A stretch of DNA of 64,000 nt from Octopus vulgaris (lineage: Eukaryota), in contig OX597836.1 of NCBI GenBank assembly GCA_951406725.2, forward strand, positions 26,226,001 through 26,290,000. Reading direction: 5' to 3'. Below, in pieces: positions 1-10,539 of the stretch (position 1 is the stretch's first letter; each line of letters begins with the position of its first letter). The notes below the pieces were generated by a model. The model ran no database searches. It saw nothing but the letters and a program-made list of their open reading frames with translations, and was not told the origin of the DNA. The position numbers were made by a program, and so were the translations under genes.

Positions 1-147
1 TATTAAAATTGTAATTTAGGGTATCTAAGAGATACCACCACGCTGGAAATAGCAGTCAAAACTTGACTCCAAACCACATTAAATGTTCATACAGCACCAG
101 GAGAGAAGACAAAGAGACAAAATAAACTAGCAAAAAATTACTGGATA

Positions 148-206
148 ATTCCAGATCCCGGATTTCTGAATCTGCATTAGAAATGCTCTGCTTTCATCAG
201 TGGAAT
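148..206 (-). ncRNA. Type I hammerhead ribozyme motif (base of stem II imperfect)
   Basis: Minus strand: AUUCCA-CUGAUGA-[aagcaga GCAUU ucu AAUGC agauuca]-GAAA-UCCGGGA-UC-UGGAAU. Stem I is a perfect 6 bp, the core is canonical, stem III is near-palindromic, and the cleavage triplet is AUC. Confidence 0.7.
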
Positions 207-225
207 ATACTCAGAAAGCACATAA

Positions 226-293
<68 letters not shown>

Positions 294-298
<5 letters not shown>

Positions 299-466
299 AC
301 ATACGATATACTTACATATACGAACGTATATATACATATATATATGCACGTATGCACACGACCAGTTTAATTTGCCCAACCAAAACTCCTCGTGCGATAT
401 GGTCAAAATGCCATTGCATATATATGTATGTATACGTTCGTATATGTAAGTATATCGTCTGTTGTG

Positions 467-467
<1 letters not shown>
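294..467. mobile_element. Small MITE-like fold-back element in a (TA)n tract
   Basis: About 55-bp inverted repeats: ACACAACATACGATATACTTACATATACGAACGTATA... (294-348) vs ...TATACGTTCGTATATGTAAGTATATCGTCTGTTGTGT (415-467), with a 66-bp unique spacer and TA runs on both sides. Confidence 0.6.
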
Positions 468-517
<50 letters not shown>

Positions 518-741
518 TCAATATAGGGTGGCAAAAAAAATTTTTTGTAGAATTCTTTTGCCACCAGCGGCCTAGTAGGAAAAAATTAAAATAGTCATAG
601 ACCATTTTTAAGTTCAACATCAACAATAAAGGAACGGCCATAATAGGCCATTCACCTACTAGAAATAACAGCCAAAGCTTCAACCGCAAATAAAAGTTAA
701 TTCAGTAAACCAGGAGAAAATTTAAAAACATTTACCCTGTA

Positions 742-848
742 ATTTCTTATACGATATACCGTTTCATCTGCTGATTAATGGTAAACTAACCTGATTAAAT
801 TAAATCAAGCCAATCTTCCACAGGCCCTCAGATTCCTCAGTAAGAAAT
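742..848 (-). ncRNA. Type I hammerhead ribozyme, array copy 1
   Basis: Exact reverse complement of 2055-2161. Confidence 0.85.
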
Positions 849-1234
849 AGCCCAAGACGGAACAGATATTTTCACGAGGCATTTCCGACGTTGCCAAGTT
901 TATATCTGACCTAAAATTTTCAAATCGTCGCACTCGCGCCAAATTTATCGGCAGCAAATAAATATAAGCCGTCGATTCCATTACGGAATTAACCAGAAAA
1001 TTCATAATTAATCAATATAGGGTGGCAAAAAAATTTTTTGTAGAATTCTTTTGCCACCAGCGGCCTAGTAGGAAAAAATTAAAATAGTCATAGACCATTT
1101 TTAAGTTCAACATCAACAATAAAGGAACGGCCATAATAGGCCATTCACCTACTAGAAATAACAGCCAAAGCTTCAACCGCAAATAAAAGTTAATTCAGTA
1201 AACCAGGAGAAAATTTAAAAACATTTACCCTGTA

Positions 1235-1341
1235 ATTTCTTATACGATATACCGTTTCATCTGCTGATTAATGGTAAACTAACCTGATTAAATTAAATCA
1301 AGCCAATCTTCCACAGGCCCTCAGATTCCTCAGTAAGAAAT
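1235..1341 (-). ncRNA. Type I hammerhead ribozyme, array copy 2
   Basis: Exact reverse complement of 1562-1668, 493 bp from copy 1. Confidence 0.85.
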
Positions 1342-1561
1342 AGCCCAAGACGGAACAGATATTTTCACGAGGCATTTCCGACGTTGCCAAGTTTATATCT
1401 GACCTAAAATTTTCAAATCGTCGCACTCGCGCCAAATTTATCGGCAGCAAATAAATATAAGCCGTCGATTCCATTACGGAATTAACCAGAAAATTTTAGG
1501 TCAGATATAAACTTGGCAACGTCGGAAATGCCTCGTGAAAATATCTGTTCCGTCTTGGGCT

Positions 1562-1668
1562 ATTTCTTACTGAGGAATCTGAGGGCCTGTGGAAGATTGG
1601 CTTGATTTAATTTAATCAGGTTAGTTTACCATTAATCAGCAGATGAAACGGTATATCGTATAAGAAAT
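1562..1668 (+). ncRNA. Type I hammerhead ribozyme, array copy 3
   Basis: AUUUCUUA (stem I, 1562-69)-CUGAGGA (1570-76)-AUCUG...58 nt...CAGAU (stem II)-GAAA (1645-48)-CG-guauau-CG-UA (1659-60)-UAAGAAAU (stem I', 8/8 bp). GUA triplet, predicted cleavage after 1660. Confidence 0.88.
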
Positions 1669-2054
1669 TACAGGGTAAATGTTTTTAAATTTTCTCCTGG
1701 TTTACTGAATTAACTTTTATTTGCGGTTGAAGCTTTGGCTGTTATTTCTAGTAGGTGAATGGCTTATTATGGCCGTTCCTTTATTGTTGATGTTGAACTT
1801 AAAAATGGTCTATGACTATTTTAATTTTTTCCTACTAGGCCGCTGGTGGCAAAAGAATTCTACAAAAAATTTTTTTGCCACCCTATATTGATTAATTATG
1901 AATTTTCTGGTTAATTCCGTAATGGAATCGACGGCTTATATTTATTTGCTGCCGATAAATTTGGCGCGAGTGCGACGATTTGAAAATTTTAGGTCAGATA
2001 TAAACTTGGCAACGTCGGAAATGCCTCGTGAAAATATCTGTTCCGTCTTGGGCT

Positions 2055-2161
2055 ATTTCTTACTGAGGAATCTGAGGGCCTGTGGAAGATTGGCTTGATT
2101 TAATTTAATCAGGTTAGTTTACCATTAATCAGCAGATGAAACGGTATATCGTATAAGAAAT
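2055..2161 (+). ncRNA. Type I hammerhead ribozyme, array copy 4
   Basis: Identical to 1562-1668, offset 493 bp. Predicted cleavage after 2153. Confidence 0.88.
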
Positions 2162-2280
2162 TACAGGGTAAATGTTTTTAAATTTTCTCCTGGTTTACTG
2201 AATTAACTTTTATTTGCGGTTGAAGCTTTGGCTGTTATTTCTAGTAGGTGAATGGCCTATTATGGCCGTTCCTTTATTGT

Positions 2281-2314
<34 letters not shown>

Positions 2315-2737
2315 GTTTGTTCAGTGTCTCAGTGTCCGTTGGGTGTGTAATGAATGAAAAGAGACGGAAAATACGTGAATCTTTATTGATCACTACAATC
2401 GTTTCGACCCATCTAGCATCGATTCCCCGCGGGGGAGATGCTGAACAACTGGTCTATCCTTCAGTGTCCTTCAGTGTCGATATGTCTCCGCCTCTGGTGA
2501 TTTCCAGAGGCACCTCGTTAGAATAAACTCTGCTTTTGCACAGCTTATTATTGTATGTATTCTTCTGGGTCATCGTAGATAAAAATGTCAAGTTAAAGAA
2601 TAGTGCTTCATTCTTATTAGAGATCGATAACAAACATCAGATACAAAAGAAATGCACAATACAGCGAAAAAAATTAGGACATATATAATGTTACATATTG
2701 TATAATTATAAACAGGGCAAATTATAAACGACGAACA

Positions 2738-2780
2738 ACCTTAATCGATTTTCGAACCATATTGAGTTCTCATCAGAGGT
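2738..2780 (-). ncRNA. Minimal type I hammerhead ribozyme (Penelope-type, palindromic stem III)
   Basis: Minus strand: ACCU-CUGAUGA-GAAC-ucaauaug-GUUC-GAAA-AUCGAU-UA-AGGU. All stems pair, and AAUCGAUU is a palindrome. Confidence 0.85.
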
Positions 2781-2839
2781 GACCGCATCGTTCTGACAGT
2801 CTCCAGAGAAATTAAGCAGCCAAACTGTTTATCACATTA

Positions 2840-3010
2840 TATAGTTGAAATTTACAGAAAACAAAAGACGAAGACATGTGTATAAACAACAAACAGGTGT
2901 AATAGTTTAACGGTCGGGAAGGTGAGAAAGTCTTTAACATTTCGAGCCTACGCTCTTCAACAGAAAGGAACACGAGGAAATAAACAGAGAGAGAATTTTA
3001 AAAAAAAAAC
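2840..3010 (-). mobile_element. Short non-coding repeat, family E1, with variant minimal HHR (2932-2967)
   Basis: Homologous to 5901-6058 and 44345-44510. Minus strand: CUUU-CUGUUGAA-GAGC-guag-GCUC-GAAA-UG-UU-AAAG. Confidence 0.6.
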
Positions 3011-3149
3011 TTTTGGAGCTAAACATGACAGAACTAAATAGACACCCTTATAATCATTAGAATTGATTTAAATCTGAAATTATACATTTAAATATTTACT
3101 AATTGTTATAATGTGAATATTTAATATTTAGGAGACATTCCCTTTGCAT

Positions 3150-3560
3150 TTCTCAATGCAAGGACCCTATTAGGCATGTTACTGATCTGTTGATGAATAT
3201 TCTCTTGCGGAATTTCTTGCCATGTTTCATGCAGTAATCTCAAAAGATCTGGCTTTGAAGATGTTTTTTTTGTTCTTTTTATGAAATGCCCTGTCCATTA
3301 TGTCCCAGAGGTGTTCAATATGGTTCATATCTGGTGACTGGCATATTTATCTGAGTTCATGTTTCCGTCACATTCCACCAGCTCTGATCAACCATTGCTC
3401 CAAATTGCACCCCAGACCATCACAGAATACCTGCCGTGTTTCATTGTTAGCTTCAATCTTTTCACATCAAATTTTTTATCACAGAGTCTCCAGGCACACA
3501 CTCGACCACTGTCAGGAAATACAGCAGATCTGGACTCATTAGAGTTTTTAAAACCATTCA
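3150..3560 (-). mobile_element. Tc1-family transposase relic
   Basis: Minus-strand translations TMKHGRYSVMVWGA and QSPDMNHIEHLWDIMDR match Tc1 motifs (TVKHGGGSVMVWG; SPDLNPIEHLW). The frame is disrupted. Confidence 0.8.
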
Positions 3561-4041
3561 CATTTCCAATCAGCGGATTTGTTAATGGAGCGAGAGCGAA
3601 ACAGGAAAAAAAAGGGGATAAACAGTAGCCACGGAGTTCTTTTTATATGCGTTTAGGGATGATTTCAGTTTTCTTTGTACTGCATACTAATGGCAATATA
3701 ATTCACACACACACACACACACATACATACACCCATACTCTTACACACACACGTGAATACACACAGACACACAGACAGACGCACGCACACGCACACACAC
3801 ATACATACATATAATAAGGTTGGCTCGTTCGCAATTTTACAACCGGTTATGTTAAAATGACTTCTGGTGCTATTATGTAAAACACGTCATACGATACGCA
3901 TGATTAAATCATTGATATTATCCATGTCTACAGACATGATTTTTGATTGGCCACCTGCATTATGTTGAAACAATTGTAAACCATGGAATAAATTTGGTGC
4001 CATTAAACTCTACTCTTCACTTATTACTTATGTGTGTACGA

Positions 4042-4074
<33 letters not shown>

Positions 4075-4231
4075 CATATATGCTTATGTATGTACATATG
4101 TATGTATAGGGTCTCTAGTATCCAAGAGTGTAGTACAATATCAAATACCTTTTGGTAATCAGTTGGTTTTCCTTTCTTGTAGTTCTTTATTACAACAATC
4201 CATTTCACCAGTTGTTGGCCCTTACAGCCAA

Positions 4232-4703
4232 TTCCAAATCTAAGTAGAGACTTTAAACTTGAAATCTTCAAAGCCACAGTCGAACCAATTCTACTATATG
4301 GCTCAGAAACCTGGACGTTATCAAAGAAGCTTGAGAGGCGGTTGGATGGAACCTACACTCGCCTCCTTATGAGAGCTCAAAATCTCTCGTGGAAGCGCCA
4401 TCCAACCAAAATGCAAATATATGGGAAACTACCGCCTGTGTCATCTCTTGTGAAAGGTAGGAGAGTCCAGTTTGCTGGACATTGTTGTAGAGCTGAAAAA
4501 GAAGTCATTTCTACTCTTCTCCTCTGGAAGCCATCTACTCGCAATACCAGAGGGCGCGCACTCTCCTACCCTGATGTAATCTCCAGGGATACAGGCATCC
4601 AGCAACAGGACCTCCGTAATGCCATGATGGACCGTGAAGTCTGGCGTAGCATGGTAAATTCCATTGTCTCGACCACGGTCGAACAATGATGATGATGATG
4701 ATG
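4232..4703 (+). mobile_element. RTE-clade LINE 3' end (5'-truncated)
   Basis: FKATVEPILLYGSETWTL...RRVQFAGHCCR...AMMDREVWR, then a stop codon followed by a (GAT)n tail. Confidence 0.9.
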
Positions 4704-5205
4704 TTTCCGACACCCTCTCCGGTATCCTTCTCTTATATTATTGCCCTCCAGGCGCACAACCATCCAACCGTATGGCATAAACACTATGAACCCTCTACGT
4801 TCATGGTAAAGGAGTTATAACTCAGTCGTATAGTCATAGTGTTGTGGAGATTCACCAGTGATTTCATTTGTCGAAATTAAACATGTTTTCCTTTCCAGCC
4901 GTCATTCAGGTGTTAATCTTTGTTTAATTACTTCCACCATTGACCTACATATCCATGGACGACATTGATCACGTGCTTCAATCCTGATTGATTTCCATTT
5001 GTTTACTGTATTTAAAGTGTTTTAGAATATATTTCATATGTGTCGTAATGACGGCATTTTTTTCTGTTCTTTGTGGGTTTTTTCTTTCTTTTGTCTGTGT
5101 TTCAATCAAATCAATTGTTTCCCTGGCAGAAGTGCTGACAATAATACCTTCATATTTCTAAATTATTAATTGGGTTTTTCGTTGCTTTTTTTATTTCGCT
5201 GCCTT

Positions 5206-5298
<93 letters not shown>

Positions 5299-5560
5299 TA
5301 AAGGGTTCTTTCCGGTTTCATTTATATTATGTGGTATATTTCCTCTCTATTTAATGAGACAGGAACTGGCTGAAGTGGATTAATCCTGGTCTCGATACTA
5401 TCACTGCTTCTCTAAATACATAAACCTATTCAACCTGTTTACATTCGGGTATTTTGGTTCCGTTGACATGATTCCTTGCAAGGCCACGTTACACAGACGC
5501 ACGCAGACACACAGACAGACTCTCTCACACACACACATACATACATGCACGCAAGTTCAT

Positions 5561-5724
5561 AGATGCAAAAGTGGCTGCGTGGTAAGAAGCTTGCTTCCCA
5601 ACTACATGATCCCCGGTTCGGTCCTACTGCATGGCACCTTGAGCAAGTGTCTTCTACTATAGCATCGGGCTGACCAAAACCTTGTGAGTGGATTTGGTAG
5701 ACGGAAACTGAAAGAAGCCCGTCG

Positions 5725-5807
<83 letters not shown>

Positions 5808-5844
5808 ATGCGTATCTGTCCCCCTACCATCGCTTGACAACCAG
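5561..5844 (+). mobile_element. tRNA-derived SINE family A (partial)
   Basis: GTGGCTGCGTGGTAAG...GGTTCGGTCC head, GGCACCTTGAGCAAGTGTC and internal (TA)/(TG) tract shared with about 10 other copies. Confidence 0.85.
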
Positions 5845-5900
5845 TGTGTGCATGCATGCATGTATGTATACATATATATGTATATATATATATATATATA

Positions 5901-6052
5901 TCAAGTTTTTTATTCTCTCTGTTTATTTTCTCTTATTCGTTTTTGATGAAGAGCATAGACTCGAAACGTAAAAGACTTTCTCACTTTCCCGAGCGCCAAA
6001 ATAATACACCTATTGTTGTTCATCCACCTGTCTTCGTCTTTTGTAAATTTCA

Positions 6053-6058
<6 letters not shown>
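5901..6058 (+). mobile_element. Family E1 repeat with variant HHR (5939-5974)
   Basis: UUU-UUGAUGAA-GAGcauagaCUC-GAAA-CG-UA-AAAG, lying between (TA)n tracts. Confidence 0.6.
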
Positions 6059-6114
<56 letters not shown>

Positions 6115-6162
6115 CATATGTTTGTATACATAGATTATGAAAGTACATACTTGCAGATATAA

Positions 6163-6207
<45 letters not shown>

Positions 6208-7135
6208 GGCAGGCAGGCAGGCAGACAGATAGCAGTTACTTCTTTGGGATTATCTTTTGTCAATGTATTGGCTTCCGTCCAATCATGTGTTATCGATTGC
6301 AGTTTCTTCTTCTTATCATCCTCCTCCTACTACTACTTTTCCACCTCTATTTCCCCCTTATTACTTCCCTTTGATTCATACTCCATGTTTAACGCCTGTT
6401 GACCTGTTGCGATATTTGTTGCTTTATTTGTTTTTTCCTTTTCTTTATACATTTATATTCTTTTTTTTTTTTCCTAAATAAGTATGGAGGCCGTGATTCT
6501 ATTTTTGATCTGACTGTGTACTTGGTTGAATGTTTCCATAGGAACTTCTGTGGCATTCACTATTTCACTGTTTCCCTCCATTTTTCCCCCCCTTATTTGC
6601 TTCTCTTATATCTATTTTTTGATTTGCCATAATACTTCGTGTGTTTATTCCCCGTGAGGTGAATTCTGTAATATTTTTATTGCATTTTATTGCATTTTGC
6701 GGTTCACATTATTCTATATGTGGTCGTGTCTATTACGTTGTATTCTTTCTTTGGTAAGAGTTCACTGCAAGATGAGTTCTGTTGTAGTGATTCCATTGAT
6801 TCAGTGGCAGCCTTTTCTATGAGATCGATTGCAGAATTTTATTTTCAGTGTGAAATCCTTTCTATGATTTTTTTCTATTTCTGGTTCTTGTATTTTTTTT
6901 TTGTTTTTTGTTATAGTTTATTATAAATCTCTGTGCATTCAGTAAGATGTCTGCATTTATGTTATTTTTCTGACATCCTTTCTTTTTGTCCTCAACTCTT
7001 ACCGCACCCCACACCTTTTTATAATACCTTCGTTTATTAAATATATTACTCATGTATAACAACAATTTTTAAAAATCGATGTATTGCTCATTGATCCCAC
7101 CTTCTCTTTTAGCTTAGTTGTTTTGTATTTTTGTA

Positions 7136-7136
<1 letters not shown>

Positions 7137-7184
<48 letters not shown>

Positions 7185-7265
7185 GCGGATGCAGCCAATA
7201 CGATGCGAGCTTTTTGATTAGAAATAAGCATTTTGAGAAAATACCGCTTCTGAGCCACGTGTGCT

Positions 7266-7341
<76 letters not shown>

Positions 7342-7499
7342 TAGTAGTAGTAGTAATGGTAGTAGTAGTAACAGCAGCAGCAATAGCAGCAGTAGTAGTA
7401 GTTATAGTAATAGTAGGAGTACTAGTAGTAGTAGTAGTAGTGGTAGTGGTGCTGGTGGTGGTGCTGGTGGTGGTGCTGGTGCTGGTGGTGATCGTCGTG

Positions 7500-7534
<35 letters not shown>

Positions 7535-7535
7535 C
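7137..7535. repeat. Trinucleotide microsatellite cluster (TTA)n/(TAG)n/(GGT)n
   Basis: Direct reading. It explains the poly-S/T/V/L ORFs. Confidence 0.95.
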
Positions 7536-8085
7536 GTCACTGCTGTCTCGCCACATCAAAATATGTTTTGCTATTATAAAGGATAATGTTTCTTTATGGA
7601 AGTCACAGACGGACATCCTCTTCTAAAAAAACCTGGTCTCTACCTACAGTACATGATTTAATCAAAGCAAAACGGTGGTTACTAAAGTTTTAGGCCAATG
7701 TTATTTATTCTTCATGTTGTCAACTCACAGACAAATGGCTACGAAAATTCCGAAACACATTCCCAAAACAATTCGGCAACAGAAAACAAAAAAAAACAAA
7801 AAACTCAAAACAATGGGACTTTAATTACGTCGCAAAATAATAATAACGTTTTGATTTGATTTTTTGATTTTTCCAGTTTCAGCTTATGAGCTGTGGCCAT
7901 GCTGGGGCACCGCCATTTTGAATATGAACAAAAAGAAATGCAACAACAAACTAAATCAACAGCAATATAACAGACATAGTTTCGAATTTAAAAATTTCAG
8001 TCACAACAACACCGATATATGTGTGCATGTGTGTGTGTATGTGTGTGTGTGTGTGTCTGTGTGTGTGTGTCTGTGTGTGTGTGTC

Positions 8086-8116
<31 letters not shown>

Positions 8117-8441
8117 CTGTCTGTGCGCATGTGTATACATATATATATGTATGTATGTATGTATGTATTTGTACATACATACGCATTTTCGTATGTATAT
8201 ATAAATAAATTATTACATGTGTATATACGTGTGGATGGGTGTACATGTGAGCATGTGTACGTGTGCGTGTGTGTGTATGTGTGTATGTGTGCACTCGTGT
8301 GTATACCTATATATATATATATATATATACATACATACATATATATATGTACTTATATATGCATGTTTGTATGTGTGTACGTGTGAGTTGTGTGTGTATG
8401 TACATATATATGCATTTTTGTATACGTATGTATATATATAT

Positions 8442-8508
<67 letters not shown>

Positions 8509-8569
8509 CATAGATAAATTATTATATGTGTATATATGTATGCATGTGTGTATTTGTGTGTGTGTACGT

Positions 8570-8628
<59 letters not shown>

Positions 8629-8756
8629 TTTAAAAGGTTAAAAGGCTTCACACGCGTAGATTGACATTGAAGAAAATAGAAGGAAAATGCTTTGAGAAAA
8701 TATTTTGTTTTTGTAATGAAAAAGAAAGCTAATACACATATACGTGCACAAGCACA

Positions 8757-8793
<37 letters not shown>

Positions 8794-9194
8794 TCATACG
8801 TGTGTGCAGACATACTTACACACTCACACACACACACATACATACACACACACACACATACACACACAAACAGTGTTTACCAAACGAAAACATTTCCGCT
8901 ATTTTAGATGCCATTGTTGTTATCTTCGCTGGCGAAGTATAAGACAAAGAATATTTGCATGGAAATGTTTTCGGGGGGGGGGGGAAAGAATCAATGAAAT
9001 TTAGGTGAGGAATTTTGAGAAGAACTTCGTTTCACTCCCTGGTGGCTACATACACACTACAAGCAAAGAAAAGCATCGTTTATGCCTATTTTCTGGAAAG
9101 ATAAAAAAAAACATGGTGCGAGTTCTTCTATGTGACCTGGTGTAATCTTAAACATATAAGTTTTAATGTCATACAAAGGGCATAGAGCAATTTC

Positions 9195-9990
9195 AAGACC
9201 TGTGGCGCTCGAAGGTGTAGGAGGAAAGGTCATGTGACTGATGACGGAAGACCGAAGACCTAGCTGTTATATATGTAGCAGCAAACATCATCTGAGTGCG
9301 TTCTGTGCAGAATATTTGGGGACAATTTTTTTTTAAAAATGCAAAACGACAGCAACTGGAAGGGATGAGGACAAACTTTTTCCTTATCAACTTCTTCAGG
9401 TTCCGCTTGGAAAAGAAAGTGAGGGTAGAGAGAGCAGTGCTGTCTCCTAATATCTTTATATATAAAAGTGAAGTTGTGTGTCTGTCTCCTACGATTTAGA
9501 TTCCTAACTACTCCCACATTTTGCGGTGCAGTTTAACCAAAACCGGGTATCTTATAGTCGTGATTCATGTCGAGCCCTTCTGGGTATTAGCGCGCGTCTA
9601 CGATGAATCTACGATTTTTAAAATAATTTACCATCATTTTTTTCCATTTTTAATGCATTTTTTGGCTATTTTTTGGCTATAACTCTCTAAAAATGCTTAT
9701 ATAGTTATTTCCCTTACAAACCCGAGCAACGCCGGGCGATACTGCTAGTATTGAATGAAAGTGAGAGGTGGGGTAAATAGAGCGAGAATAGCTTGAGTAA
9801 ATAGACTTAATCTAAGTATGCACCTGTGTGCTGGAATTTACATAGGAGAGAGGAGTATTTTCAATGGGGCACCTGGTGAACAAAGTGACTCGGAGTCTGT
9901 GGGGTCCCTTATAGTCTCCCCTGGGCGGTATTCCCATCCACCCACCAACTGAGGAAATTTATTGTGATAACGTTATTGTTTTATTGTTAT
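9195..9990 (+). mobile_element. Degenerate Tx1/L1-like LINE 3' region interrupted by a Helitron
   Basis: NFFRFRLEKKVRVERAVLS continues as ...ERWGK after the Helitron. A-rich tail near 10000. Confidence 0.45.
9453..9748 (+). mobile_element. Non-autonomous Helitron
   Basis: A|TC start, subterminal hairpin CCCGAGCAACGCCGGG, CTAG|T end. Homologous copies at 33058 and 42443. Confidence 0.85.
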
Positions 9991-10115
9991 TATTTTATTA
10001 AAAAAAAACAAAAAATATAGTTCTATCCCTCGATTTCGGTGCCTATTCAAGTAGTTTCACTTTAGAGTCCCATTAGAGCGTGAGGCGTTACGTATAGCAA
10101 TAGCCCTAGATATAA

Positions 10116-10318
10116 TACTCTTTTACTTGTTTCAGTCATTTGACTGCGGCCATGCTGGAGCACCGCCTTTAGTCGAGCAAATCGACCCCGGGACTTATTC
10201 TTTGTAAGCCCAGTACTTATTCTATCGGTCTCTTTTGCCGAACCGCTAAGTGACGGGGACGTAAACACACCAGCATCGGTTGTCAAGCAATGCTAGGGAG
10301 ACAAACACAGACACACAA

Positions 10319-10351
<33 letters not shown>

Positions 10352-10520
10352 CATATATACGACAGGCTTCTTTCAGTTTCCGTCTACCAAATCCACTCAC
10401 AAGGCATTGGTCGGCCCGGGGCTATAGCAGAAGACACTTGCCCAAGATGCCACGCAGTGGGACTGAACCCGGAACCATGTGGCTGGTTAGCAAGCTACTT
10501 ACCACACAGGCACTCCTGCG
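10116..10520 (-). mobile_element. SINE family A, full length
   Basis: Near-identical to 62736-63162, and the reverse complement of 55275-55711. Confidence 0.92.
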
Positions 10521-10539
10521 TATTTTATATTTAAGGTAA

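Larger units (their letters stand above)
511..2284. mobile_element. Hammerhead-containing 493-bp repeat array (retrozyme-like or Penelope-related non-autonomous retroelement): 2 direct copies plus about 1.6 inverted copies
   Basis: Copies at 511-1004 and 1005-1495. 1489-2284 is the reverse complement of 619-1414 with one mismatch (1764/1139). Each unit carries an HHR, and the array is bounded by (TA)n on both sides. Confidence 0.85.

Noticed and set aside
511-1495. CRISPR array or simple satellite interpretation of the direct repeat
   Set aside because: The context is eukaryotic, there are no spacers, and there are only two direct units, each containing a ribozyme.
1898-2098. 66-aa ORF present twice (805-1005 - and 1898-2098 +)
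   Set aside because: It is duplicated only because of the palindrome. It has no recognisable motif and overlaps the ribozyme, so there is no evidence of coding.
6240-7110. Strand-biased T-rich region, possibly a decayed Penelope ORF on the minus strand
   Set aside because: I could not recover convincing RT or GIY-YIG motifs by eye. A translated HMM search is needed.
9232-9265. CTGATGA-CGG-aaga-CCG-AAGAC hammerhead-like string
   Set aside because: No GAAA in register and no stem I or III pairing. It lies in a LINE relic.
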